DNA of 64,000 bases, from positions 64,001 through 128,000 of the forward strand of contig JAEOTA010000022.1 in NCBI GenBank assembly GCA_016840085.1, written 5' to 3'. Below, one piece after another: positions 1 through 9,319 of the stretch. Under the pieces are notes generated by a model that saw only the letters and a list, made by a program, of their open reading frames with translations, was not told where the DNA came from and did no database searches. Numbering within the stretch: the stretch's first letter is position 1; the number at the start of each line of letters is the position of its first letter. The position numbers and the translations under genes are program-made. Source of the stretch: Promethearchaeota archaeon. Lineage in GTDB: Archaea > Asgardarchaeota > Lokiarchaeia > Sigyniarchaeales > SOKP01.

Positions 1-901
1 AATTGAAGACTGTCTCTTCATCTATATATTCAATATAAGTCTCATCATAGTTATAGACTTTTGGTCTTAGCCAACCAAGCCACTCTTTGCTTGTATACAA
101 GTATGGTGGACCACTGAGATCCTCACTATCAGCTACAGAATAGATCATATTCGAATCTAAATCCTTATAGACGAGAAGATCATAGAACATATTCAGCCAT
201 GCTATTCTATCGTTGTTTTCTGTAGTAAATAATTGAATAGTTAATATAAGGGGTAAAGAGAATTCCCCAGAAATACCTTGATAAAGGAAATAAGGTTTTC
301 TAGTTGTATTCCGGATGTAGGAATACTGCTTTTCATCATATATATCATCAGTAGAGCTCCATGAATCCAACAATTCATCAGTTGAAAAATCATATTGTTC
401 ATATTCACTCTCAATATTTTGGTGGTATTCCTCGTAATAACTGAAATTATGTATAGAGGAAGCCTGATAGTATTCCATTTCCATCGTTCCTTGCTTAAAG
501 GCTAACCAAATCACTTTCACATTCGATCCATAATCGATATTCACACGATACACAGTAAAATCAAAATCGATCGTTATATTTCCTATTATAGTATATTCTG
601 AGACATAAGAATAATTTGCCTCATGAAATATGGTATGTTCTCCAATCGTTTTCGTAATATCAGTACTATTATACTCTTCAGTATACGTGTCATAGGTATC
701 CTTATAGCTTCCAGAGTGATTAATCGCAATCGAGTCTCCAGTCCAGATCTTTTGGACGGAATATGAAAATGTGGTCTCTTCCCATGAGAACTCTAAAGTT
801 GGTTCTGTTGGTTTATCCGCACGAGTAAATAAATTCATCGAGAATAGATTCAGTGTTAGAAGTGATACCACAACAATAACTACAACATATTTTTTATTAA
901 T
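1..901 (-). CDS. Secreted/surface glycoprotein, 3' end outside the window; probable ATT start
   Basis: Not in the ORF track. Manual translation is open from ATT at 901 to the window edge: INKKYVVVIVVVSLLTLNLFSMNLFTRADKPTEPTLEFSWEETTFSYSVQKIWTG... It has a signal-peptide-like N-terminus, several N-x-S/T sequons and an AGGTGA SD at 913-908. Confidence 0.75.
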   Translation of the reverse strand, partial: MNKKYVVVIVVVSLLTLNLFSMNLFTRADKPTEPTLEFSWEETTFSYSVQKIWTGDSIAINHSGSYKDTYDTYTEEYNSTDITKTIGEHTIFHEANYSYVSEYTIIGNITIDFDFTVYRVNIDYGSNVKVIWLAFKQGTMEMEYYQASSIHNFSYYEEYHQNIESEYEQYDFSTDELLDSWSSTDDIYDEKQYSYIRNTTRKPYFLYQGISGEFSLPLILTIQLFTTENNDRIAWLNMFYDLLVYKDLDSNMIYSVADSEDLSGPPYLYTSKEWLGWLRPKVYNYDETYIEYIDEETVFN

Positions 902-936
902 ACTCCATCACCTGAATTTTTATCAAAAATTTTTAC

Positions 937-969
937 TATATATAGAGATTCCGAAATTTTTCGGAATCT
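937..969. promoter_or_regulatory. TATA-like box plus a perfect 11-bp inverted repeat (candidate operator)
   Basis: AGATTCCGAAA-TT-TTTCGGAATCT at 946-969, next to TATATATA at 937-944, about 36 nt upstream of the minus-strand gene start at 901. Confidence 0.55.
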
Positions 970-1146
970 ATCTGTTATTCATATTGACTATAAAAAACTT
1001 TAGGATACTTATATTTATAAAGATTGCGTATTATAGCATCTGAATTTATCTCTATAACTATATTAACTATGTCTAAGCTATATAGACGAAATCACAAAAT
1101 TATTTAACGCACGATTATCCCTATCTTTATAATAAGGCAAACTTAA

Positions 1147-1299
1147 ATGGGTGAGGAAGTGAAAAAAGTTAAATTTGATAAAAGGAAAACATTCTCTTTA
1201 TCAAGGAAAAAAGGTTCTAACCGACAAAACGAGGAAGAATCTGATTTAAAAAAATATATGATAGAATTGTTAATACTCAAGTTTAATAGGCGATATTAA
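1147..1299 (+). CDS. Small basic hypothetical protein (50 aa)
   Basis: Manual translation MGEEVKKVKFDKRKTFSLSRKKGSNRQNEEESDLKKYMIELLILKFNRRY*. Ends 7 nt before the next ORF. Confidence 0.35.
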   Translation: MGEEVKKVKFDKRKTFSLSRKKGSNRQNEEESDLKKYMIELLILKFNRRY

Positions 1300-1306
1300 G
1301 GGAATT

Positions 1307-1633
1307 ATGAATGAACGTAAAGTATTGAAACACGTAGTGAAATTTGCCACGCGAGAATTTACCGAGAAAAAACCTATGAGTGTTAGGGTGCTACGAAGGA
1401 AAAGAGAAACCTTTTTTACACGGGGAGGTCCTTTAAAAGCAATTAGCATAGGTAAAACTGAAGATCCCTATTTTCTCGTAGCTCTTGATTATGCTCATGC
1501 CCTCAGAATCTACTATTTTTCTAAGAAAGGGATATTTTTAGGGGGTCAAAATTTTGACACATCCTCAGAGTTTCTTAGAGAACTCAAGAAATCTACTATT
1601 ACCGAATTTAAGCTACCAAAGAAGATCAGGTAA
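1307..1633 (+). CDS. Hypothetical basic protein
   Basis: 108-aa ATG-started ORF with protein-like composition, in a co-oriented run. No motif recognised. Confidence 0.65.
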   Translation: MNERKVLKHVVKFATREFTEKKPMSVRVLRRKRETFFTRGGPLKAISIGKTEDPYFLVALDYAHALRIYYFSKKGIFLGGQNFDTSSEFLRELKKSTITEFKLPKKIR

Positions 1634-1647
1634 GATACTCCATAAAT

Positions 1648-1866
1648 TTGTCGGAGTCTCTGGATTTATCTTTAGGTTGGACCTTTCCTATCATGATGGA
1701 AAAACCACACTCATATTTTGATTGGGAACTACAATTTCGAAAAAAGAAAAGTGAACGTATGCGAAAACATATTAATTCCTTAGGTATGTACTCCCATGAT
1801 TTTAAGAAATTTATGAATGAGTGGAAAAAAAAGAATATTCCAATCAAGAAGGATAAAAAAAAATAG
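1648..1866 (+). CDS. Small hypothetical basic protein
   Basis: 72-aa ORF 14 nt after the previous gene; the start may be the internal ATG. Confidence 0.4.
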   Translation: MSESLDLSLGWTFPIMMEKPHSYFDWELQFRKKKSERMRKHINSLGMYSHDFKKFMNEWKKKNIPIKKDKKK

Positions 1867-2255
1867 TTTATTATTGAGCCATAATCATAGAAGAAACATG
1901 ATTATTATATTGGATAATTACCAAAATAATTGATCTATTTAAATTCCGGATCTCGTATATTGTATTCGCACTTACCCTATAGAGTGAAAATCTATCTAAA
2001 TTAAGCTTAGATCTTTTCCTAAATCAGATCCCTGAGAATAATACATTACAATTTCCATGTATGAATCTACCATGCTAATTTCCTCCCACTCATTTTATGA
2101 GAGGTGATGCACGAAACGAAAAAATTCATCATATTTTAAATTTCAATCTTTGTGAAAGTGTAATAGCACATTTCTTCTCATAAATCCTGATCCAAAGGAA
2201 AAGATTTAAATAGCAAACTCCTTCCCTACCTTTTCTTAAGGTAAGATAAAAGGTA

Positions 2256-3503
2256 ATGGCAATTTGTATGGCAACGCAAAAACCAGAAAATCTTAAATCT
2301 GTTATAGGTACTATTTCTTATTACACCTGTGATTTATGTGATTCCGAAGAAATTATTGAAACTCATGAAGGTTATGTGTGTCAAGGATGTGGTGTTGTAT
2401 TAGAAGCCCAAAAATTACGCTATGATCGTCCCTACAATAATGATCTTGTGCACCATGCGAGACACTTGGGACTAACTCAGATAGGCACTAAAAATGAACG
2501 TCTAAATTCAATACATTCCTCTGAGTTTAATCGATTACATAAATATAATACTCGAGTAAAATATCGTAAAGAAATTGATATCAAAGCTACAGACGAAATC
2601 TCAGCAATTTTTGGAGCTTTGAATCTCCCTCGCACATTCCAAACACCTATATTACAGAAATTTAAAGAAATATATTCAGGATTCAAATGGAAATCAATAT
2701 ATCGAAATGTCGAAAAACTTGTACCAGTTGTGATCTATTATTACTTAAAATTTAATAATATCATATGCTCAGAGATTGAACTATTAGAAGTATCTCAGAT
2801 CACAAAAAAGGAATTTGGACATTTTAAACTGCAAGTCAAGTCCTACTTTCCAAATCATACCAAGATAAAAAGACAAGAATTTATATCTCAAAAACTACTC
2901 TTGGTTAAAGAACATTTTGGATTAGATATGGTTTTCTACCATTTCGCGAGAAAAATCATGTGTAAGCTGTGGGATTCTATACAAAATACTAAAGATGACG
3001 TGATTGCAGGACTGTGTAGTGGAATCGCAGTACTATGTTCTTATAAAGGGGTTGTAACTGTAAATGAAATTTGTAAGAGGTTGGGAATAGGTATGAGTAC
3101 AATCCACGCCCAAGTAAAGAAAAATGTATTCACTCGGCTTAAGATAAAAGGTTATACTAGTCTCGTCGAATCTGCTGAATTACTGCGAAAAGTTGTAATT
3201 AAATTAGGGCTGCTAAAACGAGAAGAACAATTAGAAGAGGAGCTTACATCCCCTGATATTATAGAAATTAAATTAGGAAATGGACGTGCTGTCTATAACT
3301 CCCATAGAAATATAGATCAATATTTCTTCGCACTAAAGGAAAAGAGAGGGAGCATAGTGCTTATCAATCTTGAGATATACAGACCTTACTGGACGCTTGA
3401 ACCAGGGGAACAATCAGGATTACAAGAAATCCCCCTCTTTGATTGTACATTTAATACATTATATCATAATAAAGGACCACCATCATATGAGATGACTGCT
3501 TGA
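2256..3503 (+). CDS. Divergent TFB/TFIIB-family protein (Zn ribbon, two cyclin folds, C-terminal extension)
   Basis: CDLC...YVCQGCGVVLE Zn ribbon. Cyclin-like repeats (EISAIFGALNLP...; VIAGLCSGIAVL...VTVNEICKRLGIGMSTI helix-turn-helix). Confidence 0.75.
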   Translation: MAICMATQKPENLKSVIGTISYYTCDLCDSEEIIETHEGYVCQGCGVVLEAQKLRYDRPYNNDLVHHARHLGLTQIGTKNERLNSIHSSEFNRLHKYNTRVKYRKEIDIKATDEISAIFGALNLPRTFQTPILQKFKEIYSGFKWKSIYRNVEKLVPVVIYYYLKFNNIICSEIELLEVSQITKKEFGHFKLQVKSYFPNHTKIKRQEFISQKLLLVKEHFGLDMVFYHFARKIMCKLWDSIQNTKDDVIAGLCSGIAVLCSYKGVVTVNEICKRLGIGMSTIHAQVKKNVFTRLKIKGYTSLVESAELLRKVVIKLGLLKREEQLEEELTSPDIIEIKLGNGRAVYNSHRNIDQYFFALKEKRGSIVLINLEIYRPYWTLEPGEQSGLQEIPLFDCTFNTLYHNKGPPSYEMTA

Positions 3504-3611
3504 TAAGTGGAGATGTGAAAAAAGTTTCTAAAGAGAAATATATAACTATTTGGAGAAATAAATGGATTACTGCTAATGCTTCCAGTATTGATGACTTCTT
3601 CTAGAATTTCT

Positions 3612-4532
3612 TTAATTATGTTCCTCCAAATTAATATTTTTTAAAAAATCTGATATTAATTTTGATATAAATGTCTTATCTACTTTATAATAGAGATTAT
3701 GCTTTAGATCATTGTAATTTTTTCTAATTAAACTTAGCAATTTTCTTTCCTGTTTTGAAATTATCTCGTCAACTTCAGCAAATCTGATGAGATCGTCGTA
3801 TTTTTCTAATGATCGGTACTCTAGTTCATTTTTTAACCATAGTTCAATGATTCTCCCAATATTAAGAAGAGCTGCTTCTGGCCAATCATTAAGGATCTCA
3901 TTAACTTTACGAGCTTGTTCTTTAAGATACTGTAATGAGAGCTTAGTTTCTGGTTTTTTATGATAGAATTCTTCCATGCACACCTTTAGTTCTGTTTTTA
4001 ACCTGTTCCAGAGGAATTTAAATTGCTCTTGGATTTGATAAATAGCGTTTCGACATATCCATTTCTTCATCTCGTCGGAATTTATGGATTTTATCTCAAA
4101 TTGCCTAATTTTCTTATCTCTCCGATAATAACTTAACACGATTTTATTCTTATTTCTCTCTATTAAATAGTCTCCGTAAACCTCATCAGTAGCATATACA
4201 TCTTTTTCCAATAGGAAAATTATAGATTTTTTTGAGGTCCTTCTAAATCTTTGATCAATTAAAGGAATCAAAGTATCGTCATACCAAAAGTAATACTTTT
4301 CAAAGAAAATATATATATTTTGTAAGTGATTATGAAGATCTTTTAGTAAATCTAAAGGCCATTCATATTCTTTTTGTTTAAATCTAGGTCTACCTATAAG
4401 TTTACCATATTCAATCTCCTCTCGATACTCCACCTCTCTTTTTGCAGGAATTTGAATTAGTTTTTTATATAATTCAGCATGATTATTCAATATTTTATTT
4501 CCTTCTTCTTGTATACTCATATAATTCAACAT
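3612..4532 (-). CDS. Hypothetical protein with a C-terminal HEPN-like (DUF4145-like) helical domain
   Basis: The C-terminus PEAALLNIGRIIELWLK...DLIRFAEVDEIISKQERKLLSLIRKNYNDLKH follows the HEPN/DUF4145 pattern, with a variant catalytic motif. Confidence 0.55.
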   Translation of the reverse strand: MLNYMSIQEEGNKILNNHAELYKKLIQIPAKREVEYREEIEYGKLIGRPRFKQKEYEWPLDLLKDLHNHLQNIYIFFEKYYFWYDDTLIPLIDQRFRRTSKKSIIFLLEKDVYATDEVYGDYLIERNKNKIVLSYYRRDKKIRQFEIKSINSDEMKKWICRNAIYQIQEQFKFLWNRLKTELKVCMEEFYHKKPETKLSLQYLKEQARKVNEILNDWPEAALLNIGRIIELWLKNELEYRSLEKYDDLIRFAEVDEIISKQERKLLSLIRKNYNDLKHNLYYKVDKTFISKLISDFLKNINLEEHN

Positions 4533-4844
4533 ATAAATTTAAATTGAAGATTTATCAATTAATAAAATTATAATATAATTCTTTCAAAATTTAATTTTTT
4601 GGAACAATATTTACCTATTATCATGCTCGATGGGTGCGAATTGTAAATGCAATGAAATCTTTAAACTTAGAAATAATCAATAAATATTTTAAGAAGTTAT
4701 TTTGGAAAATCAGCAGGTATTACAATTTACTAATGCATATGACTACATATAAAATAGAAAATTGTGATGATGAAATATTAATAAAGCAATTTTGTCAATA
4801 TATAAGTAAGACAAAAAAACAAATTTGAATAATGAGTAAATCAA

Positions 4845-5207
4845 ATGTCAGAGAGAAGAGAATCTGAACAAAGATATTCAGCATTTTATACAAGTTTGAA
4901 AAATTTTCTTTATAAAAATTCCGGATTACCAGTGAGAGGTGTAGCAAGGTGGGGTTCCCGAACAACAGGAAATCATAGAGATAGGAGTGATTTAGATGTA
5001 ATTTTTTGGATTCAAGCTAATCCTTCGAAAGAGAGTGTCTATCCTGGTTTAGTGGATAAACTTAAATTGGTGTTAAAAGTTAATGCGGATATTGGACGTA
5101 GTTATAATGTCATTAATATATGGAAACCGGGAATTTCTTGTGATTTAGTATTACTTATGGAGAGGGAATATAGAGATCAAATCGCTAGGAGAAGATATGT
5201 AGAATAG
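4845..5207 (+). CDS. Minimal Pol-beta-superfamily nucleotidyltransferase
   Basis: WGSRTTGNHRDRSDLDVIF (GS...DxD motif) with a third acidic residue in ISCDLVL; 120 aa. Confidence 0.75.
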   Translation: MSERRESEQRYSAFYTSLKNFLYKNSGLPVRGVARWGSRTTGNHRDRSDLDVIFWIQANPSKESVYPGLVDKLKLVLKVNADIGRSYNVINIWKPGISCDLVLLMEREYRDQIARRRYVE

Positions 5208-5430
5208 AAATTATCTTATATTTTTTATTTAAAGGAAAACAGGTAATCTATAAAATTGTTGATTTCAATTCAATAAATTTATATTTATTGTATATATCAG
5301 ACAATAATTAAAGTTAAAGATTTGATAAATCTCTAACGATATATTCCTTTTTTCTCTGCTTTTTCTGCCGAACATCAAAATCCGGGTAAAATTTAAACCA
5401 ATTTTCAAGAGTAATCAAAGTATTTGTAAT

Positions 5431-5694
5431 TTGGTATTCCGAAATATAATCATCAACAATAGTTATTTGATTTTGAATAAAATCAAATTCAGGTATATTT
5501 ATGAGGGCTATAAGGAAATCTATGATAAGGAAAATGCTGAGGTGGGTGATCCGGGAACATATGAACGATTGTATAATCGAAAAAAATCAAATGGCCCATA
5601 TGGTATATGGGGACATTACTTAGAAGAGTTGTACATCGAAAGTATTAGATATAATCAAGAAACTAAAATAATTCATATGTTTATAGGTTCCTAA
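5431..5694 (+). pseudogene. Probable 3' remnant of a hypothetical gene
   Basis: The C-terminal half (NRKKSNGPYGIWGHYLEELYIESIRY...FIGS*) looks protein-like. The 5' part resembles intergenic sequence and has no convincing start or SD. Confidence 0.4.
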
Positions 5695-5808
5695 CTCTTT
5701 CTGATATTTAATACCTCTCTCCCCCGTGGAGCCCCCTCCTAAAAAAGTAAGTATATAATTATTCAAATTAAAAACAAATTTGATCATTATTTTTTTAGAC
5801 CTTATAAT

Positions 5809-6108
5809 TTACACCCTTAATTTTTCTATGATTTTGGCATAAAGTCTGATTAAATCTTTAAAGAATTCTTCCTGAAGAAACTTTTCTTCATTAACTTTTT
5901 CCTGTAAAAAATAAAAAATCTTATCGATAACAGATTTCAAATATTCTAACTCCCGTTTTTTTGATTCATTTTTTTCAAGCAATATTTCACACATCTTGCT
6001 AACTGATTCTCGATAACTCGATGTCTCAATCTTATACTTTATTTTAATTGTATCGATTTTATCCAATATTTCTGAATTAAGTGCTATTGACACTCTTGGC
6101 TTTCCCAT
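5809..6108 (-). CDS. Ribbon-helix-helix-like DNA-binding protein with a coiled-coil tail
   Basis: N-terminal PRVSIALNSEILDKIDTI...SVSKMCEILL fits the RHH strand-helix-helix pattern. Confidence 0.5.
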   Translation of the reverse strand: MGKPRVSIALNSEILDKIDTIKIKYKIETSSYRESVSKMCEILLEKNESKKRELEYLKSVIDKIFYFLQEKVNEEKFLQEEFFKDLIRLYAKIIEKLRV

Positions 6109-6132
6109 TTTTCTTCTATTTGGATTTACTAT

Positions 6133-6456
6133 TTAATTTGGAAGAAATTCTTCTCTTAAGATTAGAAGAGCACTTTCCTTATCTTCACATATTAGATTTG
6201 AAAAATTAATACCAATGTTATTAAACCTATCAAGGCGTTGGCTATTAAGATAAGAAAGAACTAGAATCATTGCATTGCTAACTAACTTCCGATTTTTAGT
6301 TCTTTTTAATATACCCATTAATTTGATTAATGTATCACTTGCTCTCATAATGATATAATGCTCAAAATAGTCAATTATTCTCTTATAACAATCTGATCCT
6401 GAAACCATGCCTAATATTCTATTTTCACCCATTCTTATATATTTCAACAATTTCAA
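6133..6456 (-). CDS. Hypothetical protein
   Basis: 107-aa ORF co-oriented with the RHH-like gene and 24 nt from it. Confidence 0.55.
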   Translation of the reverse strand: MKLLKYIRMGENRILGMVSGSDCYKRIIDYFEHYIIMRASDTLIKLMGILKRTKNRKLVSNAMILVLSYLNSQRLDRFNNIGINFSNLICEDKESALLILREEFLPN

Positions 6457-6573
6457 ATTTTGTCTTAATTAATATCTAAATATGAACGCCTGTATATAAA
6501 TATGCCTAAATCGGAACGGTTGGTAATATTTATAAATAATTGATTTCATTATTAAATTAATTAGTTAGAGACT

Positions 6574-6771
6574 ATGGTTGATCTTAAAATGGCGAAAAAA
6601 TACTTAAAAAAGCATATTCCAGAAAATAGTATTACTATCATCCTAAATTTTGAATCTAAAGATATGCTTCAAGCTTTTTTAAATGATGAAGAATACCAAA
6701 AAATCTATGGAAAATTAGATACTTATGCAATTCAAAATGGAGCTAAAGTTGAGCACTTTATAAATAGTTAA
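6574..6771 (+). CDS. Small hypothetical protein
   Basis: 65-aa ATG-started ORF, divergent from the 6133-6456 gene across an AT-rich spacer. Confidence 0.55.
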   Translation: MVDLKMAKKYLKKHIPENSITIILNFESKDMLQAFLNDEEYQKIYGKLDTYAIQNGAKVEHFINS

Positions 6772-6972
6772 AGGTTAAAGAAAAAAAAATCTTACTAGAA
6801 AAAGCTCGTAACATCTAGATTATTCGACCTCATTAGCCAAAGCTCAATGGTATTTTAATCCTTATTTTAGTATTTAGGAATTTACACAAATTCTATAATC
6901 AACAGGTTAAAAATTCAATCCTTGTTCGTGTGGATAATATGATATTGAGTTAGAGTTAGCGGAGGTAACTCT

Positions 6973-7782
6973 ATAGACTCCCAGAAAGCCATTTCATATA
7001 GAGTAGCTCAGAATACTATTGCATTTTATGCTCAGCTCCGTAGTTTAGATATAAGTGGTAAGGGAGATTCCTCGAAAGATCGAGGGAATTTTAATAGTAA
7101 TCAAGCAAAGGTCTATAATGTCATTCTCGGTCTAGGACGCCATTTGGGGTTTGATCCTGCCTTCTTCAGACCTGTTGACGATCAAATGTTCGACATGAAT
7201 GCAGGCGTGAAGGAATTGTTCAAATCCTTAGGGAAGAAGTTATGGATCTTTATCCGGCACCACTTTCGAAATAATCCTAATCGTGCATCGATAGCTATAA
7301 CTGATCAAGTGGTAATTGATTCCAGAAGTCATACTTTCTGGGAGAAAAGTATGTCTGAGGATGATGCACTCGTTGCGACTCAAGTGCTTGAGAGTCTTAT
7401 TAGATATGGTCGTCCCGTCAAGGAAGCTGATATTCGGAATGAATTTGCGAAAGCTGGGAATCAATATTCGTGGATTATGTTTAATTGGTTAAATCAGCCG
7501 AAATTCTCTGAAGCTCTTCAGCTGTTTAATGAAAGAAAGGATGATATAAAATCAATACCGATTGATGAGTTTATTGAACAAAATTTCCCAAAGACTTATA
7601 AGAAGTTTGTTGAGACCATGTTAAAGACCAGCCATGTTAGCATACTGGAAATAATTCAAGCGATGCACCCGACTATTGATGTCACTGAACTTGTAAATCT
7701 TGGAACTAATGACGATCATATCGGTCCTTACTCGACGGTGTTTGCCGAGATCTTGAAAATGTATAGATATCCAGTTTTCTGA
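6973..7782 (+). CDS. Hypothetical protein with a possible HNH-like motif; start uncertain (ORF track gives 7144)
   Basis: The frame is open from 6949. GGAGGT at 6961-6966 precedes an in-frame ATA at 6973. Contains RHHFRNNPNRASIAITDQVVIDSRSH. Confidence 0.5.
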   Translation: MDSQKAISYRVAQNTIAFYAQLRSLDISGKGDSSKDRGNFNSNQAKVYNVILGLGRHLGFDPAFFRPVDDQMFDMNAGVKELFKSLGKKLWIFIRHHFRNNPNRASIAITDQVVIDSRSHTFWEKSMSEDDALVATQVLESLIRYGRPVKEADIRNEFAKAGNQYSWIMFNWLNQPKFSEALQLFNERKDDIKSIPIDEFIEQNFPKTYKKFVETMLKTSHVSILEIIQAMHPTIDVTELVNLGTNDDHIGPYSTVFAEILKMYRYPVF

Positions 7783-7833
7783 CCAAATCACTACTCCCAA
7801 GACCCCCAAATATTTAAATAACAAGAGAGATAT

Positions 7834-8280
7834 ATGATTTATATGAGAGACAAACGAGCAATTATTATTAAAAGTCCAAAGCTACAAAAAATTCGAAATA
7901 ATTTGCGCAACTTAATAATACAAGCTTATCATACTCAATGGAAAGAGATTCATGACAAGTGGAGAAGTTTTTTAGTTGACTCAGAGGGAAGAAGACTCTC
8001 TATAAGAGATTTCTCACCAGATGTGTTAGAGGAGTTCAGAGATCTTCAAGAGAAAGAGAGTCAGCTAAGTGACTCACTCGACAGGTCGATACTCATGTGT
8101 GTAGCGTGCGGGAAAGCAGATCGGGACGTGGTCTATAATAAGGCTTATGATGCGTGGTATTGCACTGAATGTTATGGATTGGAGCGGTTAACCGCTCTAG
8201 AGCGTGCTAAGGCATGGAAAAAAGGAGCAAAATCATGCGAAGAGCAAGCCATTGAAGACCATTCCAAGACTTTTCTTTAA
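7834..8280 (+). CDS. Coiled-coil plus C4 zinc-finger hypothetical protein
   Basis: CVACG...WYCTEC preceded by helical segments. Confidence 0.7.
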   Translation: MIYMRDKRAIIIKSPKLQKIRNNLRNLIIQAYHTQWKEIHDKWRSFLVDSEGRRLSIRDFSPDVLEEFRDLQEKESQLSDSLDRSILMCVACGKADRDVVYNKAYDAWYCTECYGLERLTALERAKAWKKGAKSCEEQAIEDHSKTFL

Positions 8281-8482
8281 TATCCGAAATGCAATGAATT
8301 AATTACTAATGTAAAGTAAATCCAGATATAATGAAATAGTTCATTCAAAACATGCTTTTTTTTCGATTTTAGGAACTTTTTTTTAGAATTATTAAATTTA
8401 CATATTAAATTTTGAGAACAGTTCTTTTTTTTTTTTGAGTCTTATAGCATAAATTAAAGTAAAATGATAATCATATTTTATT

Positions 8483-9229
8483 ATGGAAAGATCTCCTGAT
8501 CGTATTTGGCATTTAGAAAAGAAATTAGAAAAGAAAGGATTAACCTATAGTTATCATACTAAACTTTATCAAACTGAGATAGGAACCATTTTTTTCATGA
8601 CAAGAGATTATGCCTATTTAAGTGGAATGATCGACGGATAAAAATTTTATCCTTTGAACACATTTTTAAAAAGATGTAAATTTATAGAGGCTGATGGCCC
8701 TATAAGTTATTATCACCCTAGAAAAGGTCCTGTGAAACAATATGGGATTCAGTATGGAAAAAATGACTTTTGGAAATTGCGAAATCTTAGAAAAGTATTA
8801 TATCTAATTAAAAATGCAGAATTAGGAAAGCATCCTAAATCAGGGTTGGGACTTGCTGTACAAAATGATAAGTATGTTGCAATAATTGGGGCTACTGATT
8901 CTGGCATTGATGATTTTGAGGATGAATTATCAAGAATTGAATTTGAAAAGACTATTTTCCCGTTTGAAGGATTGGAGATATCAAAACAGCAAATACGATA
9001 TTTCTTAAAACGTTTAGCTGGAGAGGAAGGGTGTCAATACACAGGAATTGAGTGGAGATGTGGTGGAAAGGAGTTTACTTATACAAAGACGATTTTAAAC
9101 TTGATGGAAATACCCCAAAAAGAGCAAAATAAATTCATTAAAATTTGTCAAGAATATGGTGGCTATTGTGATTGTGAGATCCTTATGAACGCTGCTCAAT
9201 TTTTATTAGATGAGGATACTCCTTGGTAA
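8483..9229 (+). pseudogene. DUF2695-like protein interrupted by an in-frame TAA
   Basis: ATG at 8483 (MERSPDRIWHLEKKLEKKG...) is in frame with the 8654-9229 ORF, separated by a single TAA at 8639-8641. C-terminal GGYCDCEILMN is the DUF2695-type motif. Confidence 0.6.
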
Positions 9230-9319
9230 GATAATTCTTCTTAATGTTTTTATAAGACGGAAGATTCTTACACATCCGAACTTATTGCACCGATACAAAA
9301 GGTTTTTTTTATTTGAGTT

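Noticed and set aside
771-1043. Plus-strand 90-aa ORF in the track
   Set aside because: It overlaps the real minus-strand secreted-protein gene and its promoter, and its composition is not protein-like.
4634-4828. 64-aa ORF upstream of the nucleotidyltransferase
   Set aside because: AT-rich, no motif or SD, and likely occupies the divergent promoter region. It cannot be supported.
8639-8641. Stop-codon recoding (Sec/Pyl)
   Set aside because: The codon is TAA. The in-frame TGAs before the ATT starts belong to SD motifs and are preceded closely by TAA stops, so they are not Sec codons either.
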